From positions 1 to 56,591 of the forward strand of contig CAZWFX010000007.1 of the NCBI GenBank assembly GCA_964633425.1: DNA of 56,591 nt. The letters run 5' to 3'. This DNA is from an uncultured Candidatus Saccharibacteria bacterium. Its GTDB lineage: Bacteria > Patescibacteriota > Minisyncoccia > Phycocordibacterales > UBA2100. The translations under genes and the position numbers were made by a program. Below the pieces are notes generated by a model. That model saw nothing but the letters and a program-made list of their open reading frames with translations, was not told the DNA's origin and did no database searches. Of this stretch, positions 55,259-56,591 are shown piece after piece (position 1 is the stretch's first letter; each line of letters opens with the position of its first letter).

Positions 55259-55274
55259 ACCGCCAGTGTACGTC

Positions 55275-55311
55275 AAATCAATGACCCCGGCAGCAGGTGC
55301 AAGCCGGGGTC
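55275..55311 (-). terminator. Terminator hairpin after 55315-55764
   Basis: On the minus strand, gaccccggc...gccggggtc is followed by attgattt. Confidence 0.6.
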
Positions 55312-55314
55312 GTG

Positions 55315-55764
55315 TCACTCGGTTTTCTTGAGTGGCTTTGAAAGATCAGGAATTGTCGGACTTCCGCACGCTTTGCCGGGCTTCACGATGACCTGCGGCG
55401 CCACCAACACCAGACGCTTCTGCTCGAAAGGCTGATTGCAGCGTTGCAGCTGATACTCGATCGCAGTGTAGGTCGTTTGCAGCCAGATCAGTGCATCGAT
55501 GGGTTTCTGCCTCGAGAGGTACTCTGCAAGCTGCTCGCGTGTCATGTACTCGGTCTCGATCCTGTTGAGCAGCAAGTGATTGTCTGCGATCGCGCGTATC
55601 GCGACCTCCAGCGACCCGTCTTCCGCAGAGAACGACTGACTCGACAGGATATCGTAGCCGGCTTTGAACTGCGCGCACGTAACCGGTTCCAGATCGACCG
55701 TATCCGCACGCGCAGTGCACATGAAGAGGAGGACCATGAGTCCTCCGAACAGGAAGACTCGCAT
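55315..55764 (-). CDS. Secreted protein (149 aa, signal peptide)
   Basis: MRVFLFGGLMVLLFMCTARA signal-like N-terminus. No family recognised. Confidence 0.6.
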   Translation of the reverse strand: MRVFLFGGLMVLLFMCTARADTVDLEPVTCAQFKAGYDILSSQSFSAEDGSLEVAIRAIADNHLLLNRIETEYMTREQLAEYLSRQKPIDALIWLQTTYTAIEYQLQRCNQPFEQKRLVLVAPQVIVKPGKACGSPTIPDLSKPLKKTE

Positions 55765-55781
55765 GTCATTTCCCCAAAGGG

Positions 55782-56144
55782 TCAAAACGATACGTGTTTC
55801 GGCTTGGTCTTTTGCATGTGCTCGTAGACGGAGTCGAACGACCCGTAGTCATCAGGCTTAACCGCGGCAACCAGCGACTTGAGTGCGTCGTACCATTTGT
55901 GGCCGGTAACGTGAGACTCGTACTTCAATTTCTGAATATGAGCCTCAAGATCCGCGCGAAGAAACGCAACGTATCGCACGTTCCCGCGAATGGTCCATCC
56001 GCGGATCATACGGAGTCGGTTGTCGCAGATTCGAACACACGACACCTTGGCCGGCTCGTGCGGCAAAACCCACGAGCTTGTCGAGAGGCGCAATTCCGGC
56101 CGCGGCGATCCGCCGCGTTTGGGCTTAGAACCGGCATATACCAT
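55782..56144 (-). CDS. Hypothetical protein (120 aa) with basic AT-hook-like N-terminus
   Basis: GAGGAA lies 7 nt upstream of ATG 56144. N-terminal GSKPKRGGSPRP. Confidence 0.5.
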   Translation of the reverse strand: MVYAGSKPKRGGSPRPELRLSTSSWVLPHEPAKVSCVRICDNRLRMIRGWTIRGNVRYVAFLRADLEAHIQKLKYESHVTGHKWYDALKSLVAAVKPDDYGSFDSVYEHMQKTKPKHVSF

Positions 56145-56218
56145 GGCTGTATTCCTCGTATTCGCCTCCAATGAGGCACTGAAGCCAATATAGCCAGCCT
56201 CCAAAAAAACGCGAGCGG

Positions 56219-56269
56219 CAATCCGAGATTCCGCTCAACAAAGCCACATCTCGGGTCAATCTCGGATTG
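56219..56269. promoter_or_regulatory. Operator-like 11-bp perfect inverted repeat upstream of the minus-strand block
   Basis: caatccgagat (56219-56229) and atctcggattg (56259-56269). A third partial copy, atctcgg, lies at 56247-56253. Confidence 0.3.
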
Positions 56270-56591
56270 AGCAGGGAAGCGACTCCCCCCAATTTTAGGG
56301 AATTCAGGGGACTGCCGAGGCGACCGTTATACGACAGCTCAAATACATGCAGGAAGAAAGCCGGACGCGCTCGGGGGAAGCAACAAACCCGATTACACAT
56401 GGGGAAATAGATAGACAAACATATTGAAATATTCGTGAGGCTTCGGTTGGAGGATGCATGATCCGGCGGGCGGCTTGAGCCGGCTTTGTCGGCACATTAC
56501 AGAGCCTAAGCGTCGCAAAAGATATATTGTGCGACATATGACAAGTACGCATTACGCCACTCGCCTTCATAAACATCTCGGCACCACGGGA

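Noticed and set aside
56357-56487. GAAGAAAGCCGG (about 56353-56364) and CCGGCTTT (56480-56487), plus a nearby ACAGAGCC, are reminiscent of the RNase P RNA P4 strands.
   Set aside because: The strands are only about 120 nt apart, against about 290 nt in RNase P RNA. The conserved bulged U and the GGAAAGUCCGGGC context are missing, and no other RNase P helices are recognisable.
1-56591. Possibility of an alternative genetic code (UGA recoding, as in some candidate phyla).
   Set aside because: TGA terminates well-conserved proteins at their expected lengths. It also forms ATGA stop/start overlaps (14781, 24117, 46177, 51920, 53272). No conserved gene needs in-frame TGA read-through.

Overview
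This is a 56.6-kb chromosomal segment read with the standard genetic code; TGA serves as a stop in several ATGA start/stop overlaps. It looks moderately GC-rich and is mostly + strand housekeeping genes. In order, it contains:
- the 3' end of tRNA-Ala(UGC)
- an ECF sigma / RRM protein / membrane protein cluster
- rmuC, rplU, recR-dnaB, mltG and mnmA
- a run of ATP-cone nuclease, MgtC-like protein, Cas4-like nuclease, MGMT-like protein, aldo/keto reductase and oligopeptidase B
- a short-form alaS
- infA-rpmJ-rpsM-rpsK-rpsD-rpoA-rplQ-rplM-rpsI
- grpE-dnaK-dnaJ
- an orphan KAS III-like enzyme and an orphan histidine kinase
- trpS-aspS-scpA-scpB
- a cell-wall block: DD-carboxypeptidase-mraY-ftsW-murG-gltX-M23 peptidase

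The gene content suggests a small-genome Patescibacteria/CPR-like bacterium. The clues are an RRM protein, an AlaRS lacking the C-Ala domain, a sigma-region-4/HARE-HTH protein, many unassignable membrane proteins and no visible fatty-acid pathway. This placement is inference only.

Most notable findings:
1. A 3.8-kb cassette at 23344-26981 lies between the peptidase gene and alaS. It encodes an HTH-like unknown protein, a GHKL (MORC/Hsp90-like) ATPase and a ParB/Srx-like protein with a very basic tail. It matches no named system I know.
2. A roughly 235-nt promoter-to-terminator structured RNA element sits directly in front of mnmA, with mutually exclusive helices.
3. There are two translation-initiation regimes. 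Core genes are leaderless or lack a Shine-Dalgarno (SD) site, with a -10 hexamer 6-9 nt upstream of the ATG. Accessory genes, including the cassette, carry strong SD sites.
4. A 31-bp hairpin pairs the tRNA-Ala 3' end with its own trailer.

No CRISPR array, rRNA, transposase or integrase was seen.
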